IMG/VR virus record: IMGVR_UViG_2865671049_000004 | Coordinates: 14,759-78,758 of that record | DNA: 64,000 nt | Reading direction: 5' to 3' (one strand) | DNA from: a virus | Lineage: Duplodnaviria; Caudoviricetes | Part shown: piece after piece, positions 24,832 through 32,945 of the stretch | Layout of the letters: the number at the start of each line of letters is the position of its first letter | Numbering within the stretch: the first letter of the stretch is position 1 | The notes under the pieces: model-generated | Database searches by the model: none | Seen by the model: only the letters and a program-made list of their open reading frames with translations | What the model was told of the DNA's origin: nothing | Program-made: the position numbers and the translations under genes

Positions 24832-24867
24832 TTGACTATGTAAAGAGGTTCCGCCTAAGGTGGAACC
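24832..24867 (+). promoter_or_regulatory. tra-operon promoter with overlapping palindromic operator
   Basis: TTGACT-N18-TAAGGT; GGTTCCGCCTAAGGTGGAACC (24847-24867) covers the -10 box. Confidence 0.7.
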
Positions 24868-24878
24868 CAGAACGACAA

Positions 24879-24985
24879 AGCCCCGGCGGTGGTGAGACAC
24901 CAGTCCGGGGCTGCAAGACGGGCCTGGCCGGTGGTGAGACACCGGCCAGGCCCAACCCCGGAGCGGTGTGAGATACCGCGCCGGG
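24879..24985 (+). repeat. Three tandem stem-loops with an identical GTGAGA loop in the operon leader
   Basis: ggtgGTGAGAcacc twice (second with a perfect 14-bp stem) and gcggtGTGAGAtaccgc. Confidence 0.8.
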
Positions 24986-25021
24986 AGCCCAGCCCACCTG
25001 CGTGAACAGGAAGGCAAGACC

Positions 25022-25225
25022 TTGACGAATGGTAAGGGGTTCACCCCCTCCAGCGACAGCACCCCGGATCTCGTCGAGCCGCAGCGCTCCGAGCCGACCC
25101 TCCCCTACGGCGCCCCCTTCATCGGCGTCGACACCCTCCCCACCCGCGGTGCTTCCAGCTACCCGGGCTCGTCGACCTACCGTCGACCCGCCGCCACCAC
25201 CCTGCGGCCCGGGAGCAGCCAGTGA
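25022..25225 (+). CDS. Small hypothetical protein
   Basis: TTG start after CAGGAAGG; GTGA coupling to the next ORF. Confidence 0.5.
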   Translation: MTNGKGFTPSSDSTPDLVEPQRSEPTLPYGAPFIGVDTLPTRGASSYPGSSTYRRPAATTLRPGSSQ

Positions 25226-25314
25226 GCGACGACGACTGGAAGCCCGGCCCCGTGATCCCCAAGTTCCCCAGGCAGCGGAAGCCCCCGCCGCCCGCACCGA
25301 AGGAGAAGCCCTGA
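25222..25314 (+). CDS. 30-aa Pro-rich peptide
   Basis: MSDDDWKPGPVIPKFPRQRKPPPPAPKEKP*; TGATG coupling. Confidence 0.5.
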   Translation: MSDDDWKPGPVIPKFPRQRKPPPPAPKEKP

Positions 25315-25502
25315 TGGCCACCACCTTCCAGGAGCAGCAGGACAACGCCGCCTCCGTCGCCCGCGCCCTCGGCGACATCACCACCGACACCACCCCCGCC
25401 GACGCCCAGGCCGTCATCGACCAGCTCGCCGACGAGCAGGTCTACAACAACTCCGTCCGCATCCTCCGCATCCTCGGCTGGGACGAACCGGCCGCCGCCT
25501 GA
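25314..25502 (+). CDS. Small hypothetical protein
   Basis: MATTFQEQ...DEPAAA*, AAGGAG RBS. Confidence 0.7.
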   Translation: MATTFQEQQDNAASVARALGDITTDTTPADAQAVIDQLADEQVYNNSVRILRILGWDEPAAA

Positions 25503-25623
25503 CCACCAACCCGCCCGAAGGAGACCCAAGACGGCCAGCCCGTCCAACGGGCCACCGCCGAACAGAACGCCAACGCGCACGCCGGCACCTGCCGCCGCAT
25601 CCCCGCCTGAACAGGAGATCCCA

Positions 25624-25809
25624 ATGGCCACCTACGAACAGCAGACCATCGACAGCTACACCCGCGCCCGCCGCGAAGCCGATCTCGACGCCATGGGTGC
25701 CCTGATCGATGCCGCAAACAAGTACGACTCGCTCAACCCCGGCAAGAACCTCTACCAGCGCCTCATCGACGTTGCCATCCGCATGCCGCTCAACACCGCC
25801 ACCGGCTGA
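25624..25809 (+). CDS. Small hypothetical protein
   Basis: 61 aa, CAGGAG RBS. Confidence 0.7.
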   Translation: MATYEQQTIDSYTRARREADLDAMGALIDAANKYDSLNPGKNLYQRLIDVAIRMPLNTATG

Positions 25810-25892
25810 CCGCCGGCCGGCGCCGCACAGCTCCAGCTGCGCGGCGGCCGCAGGCACTCAGTCGACATCCCAACTCCGAAGGAACCCACAAC

Positions 25893-26075
25893 ATGCCCAC
25901 CAACCAGATCGCCGAGGCCGCTATCACCGGCCGCTCCGGCGGATGCGACCTCCCCGTCCGGGTCCTCAACGACAACGGCACCACCGCCCAGATCCTCATC
26001 GAGGGCACCGGCATCTACCTCACCCAGGGCCAGGTCCACACCGTCTCCACCACCGACGTCCGCCCCAACCGCTAA
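25893..26075 (+). CDS. Small beta-rich hypothetical protein
   Basis: 60 aa, GAAGGA RBS. Confidence 0.7.
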   Translation: MPTNQIAEAAITGRSGGCDLPVRVLNDNGTTAQILIEGTGIYLTQGQVHTVSTTDVRPNR

Positions 26076-26148
26076 CCACCCCCGGCGCGCTCCACCGGAT
26101 CAACCTGCACCGGACGCGCCCGCCGCACCCCCAAGGAGGGAGAACCCC

Positions 26149-26847
26149 ATGGAACACAACGTCATCACCCTCGACGGACAGCCCTACCCGACGCGGAACA
26201 ACCCGCCTCGGCCCATCCTCGGCTGCGGCAGCCGCGACCTCTACAACCTCCCCGACGACCAGTACCGCAGGGTCGTCGCCATCCACGAAGCCGGCCACGC
26301 CATCGCCCACCTTGCCGGCGGCAACGCTCACCTCATCCACGCCAGCATCTCCGACGACCTCGACGCGGAGATCACCGGCACCGTCAAGGCCTGGTCCTAC
26401 GACCTCCACGCACCCGCCGCAGTCATCACAGACTGCGCCGGCGAGCGAGCCGTCGACAAGTGGCTCCACCTCTCCGGCCTGTGGACGGACGAACGCGCCA
26501 TCGCCGCCGAGATCGGCGCCCGATCCGACCGCGCCCTCGCACTCAACGTGCCCGGCATGACCCAGGCCCTCCTGCGCGGCATGCACACCCCCACCGACGA
26601 CCTCCTCGCCGCCCACTGGCCCAGCGTCGAGGCCGTAGCCGAAGCCCTCATCAGCGCCCGGCACCTGACCGGCGACCAGGTCGCTCGCATCACCGGCCTG
26701 TCCAACCGGGCCCGACCCGCCATCACCCACCTCACCTCCTCGAAGGAGACCGTCATGGCCGACCAGCAGACCACCACCCAGCCCGAGCCCGCCCCGGCCC
26801 CGCAGGAGCAGCCCACCCAGAGCCGCGTCCCCCTCGACATCGTCTGA
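26149..26847 (+). CDS. Zn-metallopeptidase (M41/FtsH-protease-domain-like)
   Basis: VAIHEAGHA zincin motif; AGERA; SDRALA; HWPSVEAVAEAL...LTGDQV. Confidence 0.7.
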   Translation: MEHNVITLDGQPYPTRNNPPRPILGCGSRDLYNLPDDQYRRVVAIHEAGHAIAHLAGGNAHLIHASISDDLDAEITGTVKAWSYDLHAPAAVITDCAGERAVDKWLHLSGLWTDERAIAAEIGARSDRALALNVPGMTQALLRGMHTPTDDLLAAHWPSVEAVAEALISARHLTGDQVARITGLSNRARPAITHLTSSKETVMADQQTTTQPEPAPAPQEQPTQSRVPLDIV

Positions 26848-26936
26848 CCCCCCCGCTGGCCGGTGCGCGACCAACCCGCACCGGCCAGGCCATGACATGC
26901 ATATGCCATTACAGCCACTCGCCGAAGGGACGTGCC

Positions 26937-28310
26937 GTGACCGAGCCCGACCTCTCCACCGACCGCTGGCTCCCCATCACCAGCGTCCTGCCCCCTGCCA
27001 CGCCCCAGCCCAAGCCGGCTGCCGACAAGCGCATCCAGCGCATGACCGCCCGCGCCGCCGAGAAGCGCGCCAACCGCCACGACGCCCTCCAGCTCCGCGC
27101 CGAGGAGCGCCGCACCCTCCGCGAGGAGCGCAGCGCGGCCCGCACCGAGGCCCGCGAACTGCGCGCCGAGAAGCGCGCAGACCGCACCGAAAGCGCCCAC
27201 CGCGCCAAGGACCGCGCCACCGCCCTCGGCCGCGGCGTCCTCGTCACCGGCCCAATCCTCGCCCCCATGGCCGTCGCCTGGACCGGCCAGTCCCAGTTCG
27301 CCATCCAGATCCTCGGCTGGGCCTTCGCCGCCAGCGTCCTCTACGCCGCCGCGTACGAGCTGACCACCGTCTACTGGGCCTGGCTCTACCATCAGGCCCG
27401 CACCGACGGCGACAGCGGCTGGGAGTACCGACTCGGCACGTGGGTCTTCGCGGCCGGCGCAGCGGTCCAGCAGTGGTGGCACTACTCGGACCACTGGGCA
27501 GCCACCCCCCGGGCCGTCACCTACTCGGTCATGTCCGCCGTCGGCGTCCTGCTCTGGGAAGGCCGGGCCCGCTTGATCCACCGGCGCAAGATGCGGGCCG
27601 AGAACAAGCTGGCGCCGGCCCGGCCCAGGATCGGCGTGGCCCGCTGGGTCCGCTACCCGGTCCGGTCCTGGACCGCCTGGTCGCTCATCACCCTCGAAGG
27701 CCACCAGACGCTGGACGCCGCGTGGACCGCCGCGGACACCGCCGTGCGGTCCAGGAAGACGGACCGCACAGACCGGACCGGACGCCGGTCCACCTGGTGG
27801 GCCGTGCAGCGGACCGACGAACCGGACCGTAAGTCGCCGGCCGCCGTGGACCGGCCCGGCCGGACCACCCTTCCGGTCGCTGGACCGGACCGGGCCGCAG
27901 CTGTCCGGACCGAGCACGTGGATCTCACCGAGTCGGTCCGGACCACACGTCGTGGACCGGACCGGGCCAGCGGGACCGGACCGCGAGGATCCACCGGTCC
28001 GGACCACACGGACCGGACCGGAATGTCCGGCACGGACCGTCAGCGGACCGCCGGGTCCAGCAAGACGGACCGGACCGCCCCCGCAGGCGACGTACCCAGC
28101 ACGGACCTGCCGCCCGCGGACCGGACCGAAGCGGACCTGGTCCTCAACGAGACCGAGCAGGCGGCCATCGACCTCCTGCAAGCCGAAGCCCGGTCCATCA
28201 GCAAGCGGTCCATCGCCGACACGGTCCGGGCCAAACTCGGCCGGTCCATCGCCTCGGACCGGGCCGCCGAAATCGCCCGCCACTACCGGACCCTTCGGTC
28301 CGCCGCCTGA
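26937..28310 (+). CDS. DUF2637-like (Spd-type) membrane protein with a repeat region and C-terminal HTH
   Basis: Coiled coil, about 4 TM helices, APARPRIG..RW..YP.RSW.AWSL, T/D/R/G/P repeat region, C-terminal ISKRSIADTVR..GRSIASDRA. Confidence 0.7.
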   Translation: MTEPDLSTDRWLPITSVLPPATPQPKPAADKRIQRMTARAAEKRANRHDALQLRAEERRTLREERSAARTEARELRAEKRADRTESAHRAKDRATALGRGVLVTGPILAPMAVAWTGQSQFAIQILGWAFAASVLYAAAYELTTVYWAWLYHQARTDGDSGWEYRLGTWVFAAGAAVQQWWHYSDHWAATPRAVTYSVMSAVGVLLWEGRARLIHRRKMRAENKLAPARPRIGVARWVRYPVRSWTAWSLITLEGHQTLDAAWTAADTAVRSRKTDRTDRTGRRSTWWAVQRTDEPDRKSPAAVDRPGRTTLPVAGPDRAAAVRTEHVDLTESVRTTRRGPDRASGTGPRGSTGPDHTDRTGMSGTDRQRTAGSSKTDRTAPAGDVPSTDLPPADRTEADLVLNETEQAAIDLLQAEARSISKRSIADTVRAKLGRSIASDRAAEIARHYRTLRSAA

Positions 28311-28440
28311 CGGTCCACCCCCAGACCGGACCGGACCGCCATCACCGAGGAGAGACCATGACCACCCCGCCGCCGTTCCACCTCCCCCGCCCGGCCCGGT
28401 CCGCCGACAGCAATGCCGGACCGCGCCGGACCCGGACCGC
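27660..28440. repeat. Dense GG(A/T)CC(G) array spanning the 3' half of the DUF2637-like gene, the intergenic gap and the start of traA
   Basis: Hand count of about 34 GGACC and 14 GGTCC in about 780 bp, in several reading frames. Confidence 0.85.
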
Positions 28441-28954
28441 CCCCACCAGCGGGCCCGGCCCGCAGTCCGTCACCAACAACCGCACCCGGCAGGGAGGCGG
28501 CTTCAACCCCACCCTCGGCTTGAACCTCAACTTCGCCAAGGGCGCTCCGCAGGCCGGGACCCCCAGCCCGGCCCCCGCGGCTGGCCCGGGCGCCCCCGCC
28601 GCCGGCCGCGGCACCCCCGGAGCGTCCTTCATGTCCAACGAGGACATCCGCGCGTTCTCCGAGCACCTCCGCAAGGGCGCCCGCAACCGGGCCGTGGAAC
28701 GAGCCATGGACGCCGAACAGCTCGAAGCGGTCCTGCGTCACATCCCCACCCAGGACGGATCCATGGGCGGTGCCCGACTCCGGGCCCGCCGTGTCTCCCG
28801 CCACCTCAAGAAGATCGCGAAGGCGGAGCAGGCCATTGCAAAGGCCGCCGCCGCGCTCTACGCCCAGTTCGAGCAGGAATACGAGGCGAACCTGCGCAAG
28901 GTCGGCAAAGCCCGCGGCCCGCAGCCCACCCGCTTCACCTTCGGCGCCTCCTGA
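28358..28954 (+). CDS. traA: Streptomyces plasmid transfer protein TraA-like
   Basis: FMSNEDIRAFSEHLRK.AR.RA.ERAMDAEQLEAVLRHIP...RARARRVSRHLK..AKAE; directly upstream of traB. Confidence 0.65.
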   Translation: MTTPPPFHLPRPARSADSNAGPRRTRTAPTSGPGPQSVTNNRTRQGGGFNPTLGLNLNFAKGAPQAGTPSPAPAAGPGAPAAGRGTPGASFMSNEDIRAFSEHLRKGARNRAVERAMDAEQLEAVLRHIPTQDGSMGGARLRARRVSRHLKKIAKAEQAIAKAAAALYAQFEQEYEANLRKVGKARGPQPTRFTFGAS

Positions 28955-29024
28955 CACCCCTGACACCGCACCCGACCTGCACTGACACCCTCTGACACCC
29001 CGGAGTGACATCGTGACCGACACC
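28951..29024 (+). repeat. CTGACACC direct repeats upstream of traB (candidate TraB recognition sequences)
   Basis: CTGACACC at 28951, 28960, 28982, 28992; degenerate GTGACATC (29005) and CCGACACC (29017). Confidence 0.8.
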
Positions 29025-30998
29025 GCCCCGGCCGCCGCGAGGAAGGCCCTGCAGCACCCCCGCACCAGGCCCTGGCTCGTCGTCGCGGCCGAACTCCCCG
29101 CCACCTTCACCACCCACTACGTCTGGGGCAACAGCGCCCTCGCCGGCGCCGGCCTCACCCTCGCCGCCGGGGCCGTCACCGCCGCCACCTGGTTCGCCAG
29201 CCAAGGAAGCACCCACCAGCGGCGCGTCCACGCCACCGCCACCGCGGCCCTCGCCACCGGCTACCTCGTCATCGGCACCGCCGCCAACCCCTACGACCCC
29301 ACCCTCGTATCCACGCTGGTCATCGGCGGTGCCACCCTCGCCGGCACGTGGAACATCCGCCAGGTCCTCCGCGTCAACCCGGACACGAAGGCCATCGAGA
29401 AGGCCCCCGCCGAGGCCGGGATCCTCACCAAGTCCATCGGCGCCGCGAAGGTCCTGCTGCGTGGGAAGCCGAAGGTCGAGGCGAACAAGGTCACCGCCGA
29501 ACTGCAGCTCGCCCCGGGCGAACTGTCCACCGACGAACTCGGCAACCGCACCAAGCAGATCGCCGGTGAGCTGGGCGTTTCCGCCAACAGCATCAAGATC
29601 CTGCCCGACCCGGACCGTGCTGACCGCGCCACCCTCATCGTCGTCCCCGAGGACATGCTCAAGAAGACCACCCCGTGGCCCGGCCCGTCCTGCCTCGGCG
29701 ACTCCATCACCGAGCCCGTCGAGATCGGCATCTACGAGGACGGCGAGGTCGCCGTCCTGTGGTTCCCCGCCGGCCCCGGCCGCAACGCCACGCACTTCCT
29801 CACCGCCGGGATGAACGGCGCGGGGAAGTCCGCCGGCCAGTCCGTCGCCATCACCGAAGTCCTGACCAGGCGAGATGTCATCGTCTGGGCGATCGACCCC
29901 AGCAAGGGCCTGCAGACGTTCGCCCCGTTCCTGCCCTACCTGGACTGGGTGGAGATGACGATGTCCGGCGGCGAGGCGATGATCGCCGCCCTCGGCCAGG
30001 TCATCACCGCCCGCGCCAACGAGATGGGCAAGCACGGCTACAAGAACTGGACCCCCGAGGTGTACGAGCGCCTCGACATGCCGTACATGGTCGTGTGGAT
30101 CGAGGAGGCCGCGAAGTTCTTCCGCGAAGGCACCGAGATGGAAGGCCTCGTCATGGAGGCCCGCTCCGCCGGGATCTCCGTCATCATCAGCCTCCAACGC
30201 CCCTCCGCCACCTCCATGCCCACCGACGTCCGTGAGCAGCTCGGCGGCGCCCTCGTCTTCGGAGTGAAGGGCTCCACCACCGCCGACATGGCCCTTCCCG
30301 AGGACGTCCGCGACGCCGGCGCCCGCCCCGAGGTCTGGCAGAACCGCAAGCCCGGCTACTGCTACCTCGTCGCCCCCGGCGTCGACGAGGAGCGCTACCC
30401 CTTCCCCATCCGCACCTACTACATCACCGACGACCAGATCGAAGGGACCCTCGCCCTCGCGCCCCGCCCCACCGCCGACCCGGTCACCGCCCGCGCCGCC
30501 GGCGAGGCCTACGCCAACCGAGCCATCCACCTCCCCGACGGCGTCTACACCACCCCCACCAGCGCAGACACCATCACCGACGTGGAGCAGCAGGACATCA
30601 TGGACGACGAGGACCAGCGCATCCAGGCCGCCGTCGATAGGGAACTGGTCCTCGACGGTGCCGACGACGACGGCTCCCCGAGCCCCGACGTCGACCCCGA
30701 GCAGGAGATCGCCGCCCCCGCGGTCCTCTGGTCCTTCGGCCAGGCCCCGCCCGCCAGCGCCGAGGTCACCACCGAGCAGGCCCTAGGCGCGGTCCTCCTG
30801 CTCCTGGAGGTCTTCCGCGACGAGGGGCGCACCATCATCGGCCCCAAGGACTTCATGCCGCACCTGCCCGCCATCGGCCGCTCCCGCGCATGGCTCTCCC
30901 CGCAGCTCGCCGACCTCGGTGAGGCTGGCATCCACCTGCAGCCGACCGGGCGGCCCGGCGAGTACCACCTCCTCGACCCGCAGTTCGCCGACGCCTGA
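29013..30998 (+). CDS. traB: TraB, FtsK/SpoIIIE-like conjugative dsDNA translocase
   Basis: N-terminal TM helices; Walker A AGMNGAGKS; Walker B VVWIEEA; ARSAGISVIISLQRPS; C-terminal wHTH. Confidence 0.9.
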   Translation: MTDTAPAAARKALQHPRTRPWLVVAAELPATFTTHYVWGNSALAGAGLTLAAGAVTAATWFASQGSTHQRRVHATATAALATGYLVIGTAANPYDPTLVSTLVIGGATLAGTWNIRQVLRVNPDTKAIEKAPAEAGILTKSIGAAKVLLRGKPKVEANKVTAELQLAPGELSTDELGNRTKQIAGELGVSANSIKILPDPDRADRATLIVVPEDMLKKTTPWPGPSCLGDSITEPVEIGIYEDGEVAVLWFPAGPGRNATHFLTAGMNGAGKSAGQSVAITEVLTRRDVIVWAIDPSKGLQTFAPFLPYLDWVEMTMSGGEAMIAALGQVITARANEMGKHGYKNWTPEVYERLDMPYMVVWIEEAAKFFREGTEMEGLVMEARSAGISVIISLQRPSATSMPTDVREQLGGALVFGVKGSTTADMALPEDVRDAGARPEVWQNRKPGYCYLVAPGVDEERYPFPIRTYYITDDQIEGTLALAPRPTADPVTARAAGEAYANRAIHLPDGVYTTPTSADTITDVEQQDIMDDEDQRIQAAVDRELVLDGADDDGSPSPDVDPEQEIAAPAVLWSFGQAPPASAEVTTEQALGAVLLLLEVFRDEGRTIIGPKDFMPHLPAIGRSRAWLSPQLADLGEAGIHLQPTGRPGEYHLLDPQFADA

Positions 30999-31150
30999 CA
31001 CTCCACTGACAGGCCCCTGACCTGCACCGACGGGACCGCTGACACCTTCCTGCCCTGTCAGGACCTGTCAGCGGCCCCGTCAGGCCGCTGACACGGCCGC
31101 CCACCTATAGGAAAGCGATCAACCACCCCGCTGTCAGCCGGCGCTGACAG
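30995..31150. repeat. Candidate clt locus: about 10 CTGAC(A) copies in both orientations downstream of traB
   Basis: CTGACA at 30995, 31006, 31039, 31088, 31144; CTGACC 31017; reverse TGTCAG at 31056, 31066, 31132; CGTCAG 31078. Confidence 0.8.
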
Positions 31151-31170
31151 CCGAGCCCGAGGACGCCCGC

Positions 31171-31596
31171 ATGACCCGGAATCGACGCCCCCCGCGAGCA
31201 GCCGTCCTTGCCGCAGCCCTGCACTCCTGGACCACCACCACCGCCGCAGGTGACCAGGGCGAACCGGCCACGCGCCTCGCCGTCCGCCAAGGGCCCACCT
31301 GGGAGCACATCGCTACTGCCAGCCTCACCGACGTGCAGGTCACCCGACTGCTCGCGGCGCTGCGTGCCGACCTCGTTCCCGACCAGCCCGCCACTCCGAT
31401 GCAGGTGGCGGCGACCCTCGATCAGTTGCTCGCCGAGTGGCGGGCCGAGGGTCGCCGCATCGTCCGCCCCAGTGACCTTGTCGAGGCGCTGCCCCGGCTC
31501 GGCTGCACGACTGCCGAGCTCGCCGCCCAGCTCGTCCGTCTTGTCGACGACCGCTACTTGCACGAGACCCGCCACCCCGGCACCTACCGCCTCTGA
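31171..31596 (+). CDS. Protein whose C-terminal half is a paralogue of the TraB wHTH domain
   Basis: 25/68 identities by hand alignment to the TraB C-terminus (LL..WR.EGR.I..P.DL...LP..G...L..QL..L...L..T..PG.Y.L). Confidence 0.8.
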   Translation: MTRNRRPPRAAVLAAALHSWTTTTAAGDQGEPATRLAVRQGPTWEHIATASLTDVQVTRLLAALRADLVPDQPATPMQVAATLDQLLAEWRAEGRRIVRPSDLVEALPRLGCTTAELAAQLVRLVDDRYLHETRHPGTYRL

Positions 31597-31613
31597 CCAC
31601 CGTGGAGAACCCG

Positions 31614-32078
31614 ATGAACACTCAGAGCGCCAACAATCCACCCGTCTACCAGCCGACCCCGATCCCGTTCCTGCCCGCCCCTGTTCGGGCGCCCCAGCCG
31701 CTGGTCCAGCAGTTGCCCGGAGTCGTCGTCACCCCCGACGGGCAGCTGTACCACGGCTACCCGCCGATCCCGTACCCGGAGCCCCTCCCCCCAGACCCGC
31801 GGCCGAAGTTGCTGGCGAGCGCCGGCGTCTTCGGCGCGGGCGTCGGCTGGGGCGGGGCGCAGTTGCTGGGCGCGCTGGCCGGCGTCTCCACGGGGACACT
31901 GCTCGCGGCGACAGTCGCGGTGATCGCCCTGAAGACGAAGCTGCCGACGCCCGGGGGCGCTGGGGGCGGGACGGTGTACAACCACACCGAGCACAATCAC
32001 CACCACACCACCGCCACGGGCCTGTTCGGCCGGGCCACCACCGCGATCAACAGCGCGCGCACCAACAACTTCAACTGA
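31614..32078 (+). CDS. Pro-rich membrane protein (SpdD-like spread protein)
   Basis: Pro-rich N-terminus, two hydrophobic segments, YNHTEHNHHH tail; located in the tra locus. Confidence 0.55.
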   Translation: MNTQSANNPPVYQPTPIPFLPAPVRAPQPLVQQLPGVVVTPDGQLYHGYPPIPYPEPLPPDPRPKLLASAGVFGAGVGWGGAQLLGALAGVSTGTLLAATVAVIALKTKLPTPGGAGGGTVYNHTEHNHHHTTATGLFGRATTAINSARTNNFN

Positions 32079-32136
32079 CACAGCCGCCCGCCCCTGACAT
32101 TTCCAGGGGCGGGCACCGGCGCGAGAGGATGAACCC

Positions 32137-32415
32137 ATGAGCGAGCCCTATGCCCCCTTCCCCGGATCCGTAGAACTCAGCGCGACTGTCGAAGTCAACG
32201 GGCGCCGCTACCAAGCCCGCACCCAGGCTCCCCTGCAGGACTGGCAGCGGGACGAGCAGTACCAGGAGTGGCTGAAGGCGGATCTTCTGCGGTCCCTCGG
32301 CGAGGGGATCGTGAAGGGTCTCGCCCCCGAGGTCATGGTCACCCTGCCCGGCCCGACCCTGCAGGAGGCGCTCACCGACGCGCTCCGCCCCTTCGACTAC
32401 CCGACCGAGTACTGA
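32137..32415 (+). CDS. Hypothetical protein
   Basis: 92 aa, GAGAGG RBS. Confidence 0.7.
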   Translation: MSEPYAPFPGSVELSATVEVNGRRYQARTQAPLQDWQRDEQYQEWLKADLLRSLGEGIVKGLAPEVMVTLPGPTLQEALTDALRPFDYPTEY

Positions 32416-32795
32416 TGAGCACCGACCTGGCCGGGTTCCTGCTGGCCCGCCTCGACGAGGACATCGTCGAGATTGGGCGGCACCCGGATGGCGAGGACTA
32501 CTACCTCGAACCCTGGGATCTGGCAGCTGCTGTGGAGGCCAACTACCCGTGCTCGGCGTACCTCCAGATCGCAAAGGTTCGCGCACTGGCCGAGGTCGAC
32601 GCCAAGCGGTGCATCATCGACGAGCATCACGATGTCAACGACGGCAGCTGCGGCACATGCGTCACGCCCAGCTGGGGCTACCCCACCCACGGCAGCGCAT
32701 CGCCCGCCGCGTGGCCGTGCACCACACTCCGCCTGCTCGCCCTACCGTACGCGGCTCACCCCAACTACCGACCCGAGTGGGCACCCACCGCCTGA
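32415..32795 (+). CDS. DUF6221-like protein
   Basis: DLAGFLLARLDED...LAEVDAKR.IIDEH...PCTTLRLLALPYAAHPNYRPEW. Confidence 0.75.
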   Translation: MSTDLAGFLLARLDEDIVEIGRHPDGEDYYLEPWDLAAAVEANYPCSAYLQIAKVRALAEVDAKRCIIDEHHDVNDGSCGTCVTPSWGYPTHGSASPAAWPCTTLRLLALPYAAHPNYRPEWAPTA

Positions 32796-32810
32796 GTCTG
32801 CAGCGCACGA

Positions 32811-32845
32811 AAGCCCCGCCCTTCACCGGGCGGGGCTTCGTCGTT
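32811..32845 (+). terminator. Intrinsic terminator ending the tra operon
   Basis: aagccccgccc-ttcacc-gggcggggctt then cgtcgttt. Confidence 0.8.
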
Positions 32846-32945
32846 TGCAGAACCCGTCGCCACCCGTGCTCCGATAGGACCGCCCGCGAGGGCCCGGGAC
32901 CCCCTCCGCCCGGCCGCTGACCACCCGCGCCCACCGGAGGAACCC

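Noticed and set aside
27660-28440. Possible CRISPR array or minisatellite
   Set aside because: The units are 5-8 bp words at irregular spacing within a coding region; there are no 25-45 bp repeats with unique spacers and no cas genes.
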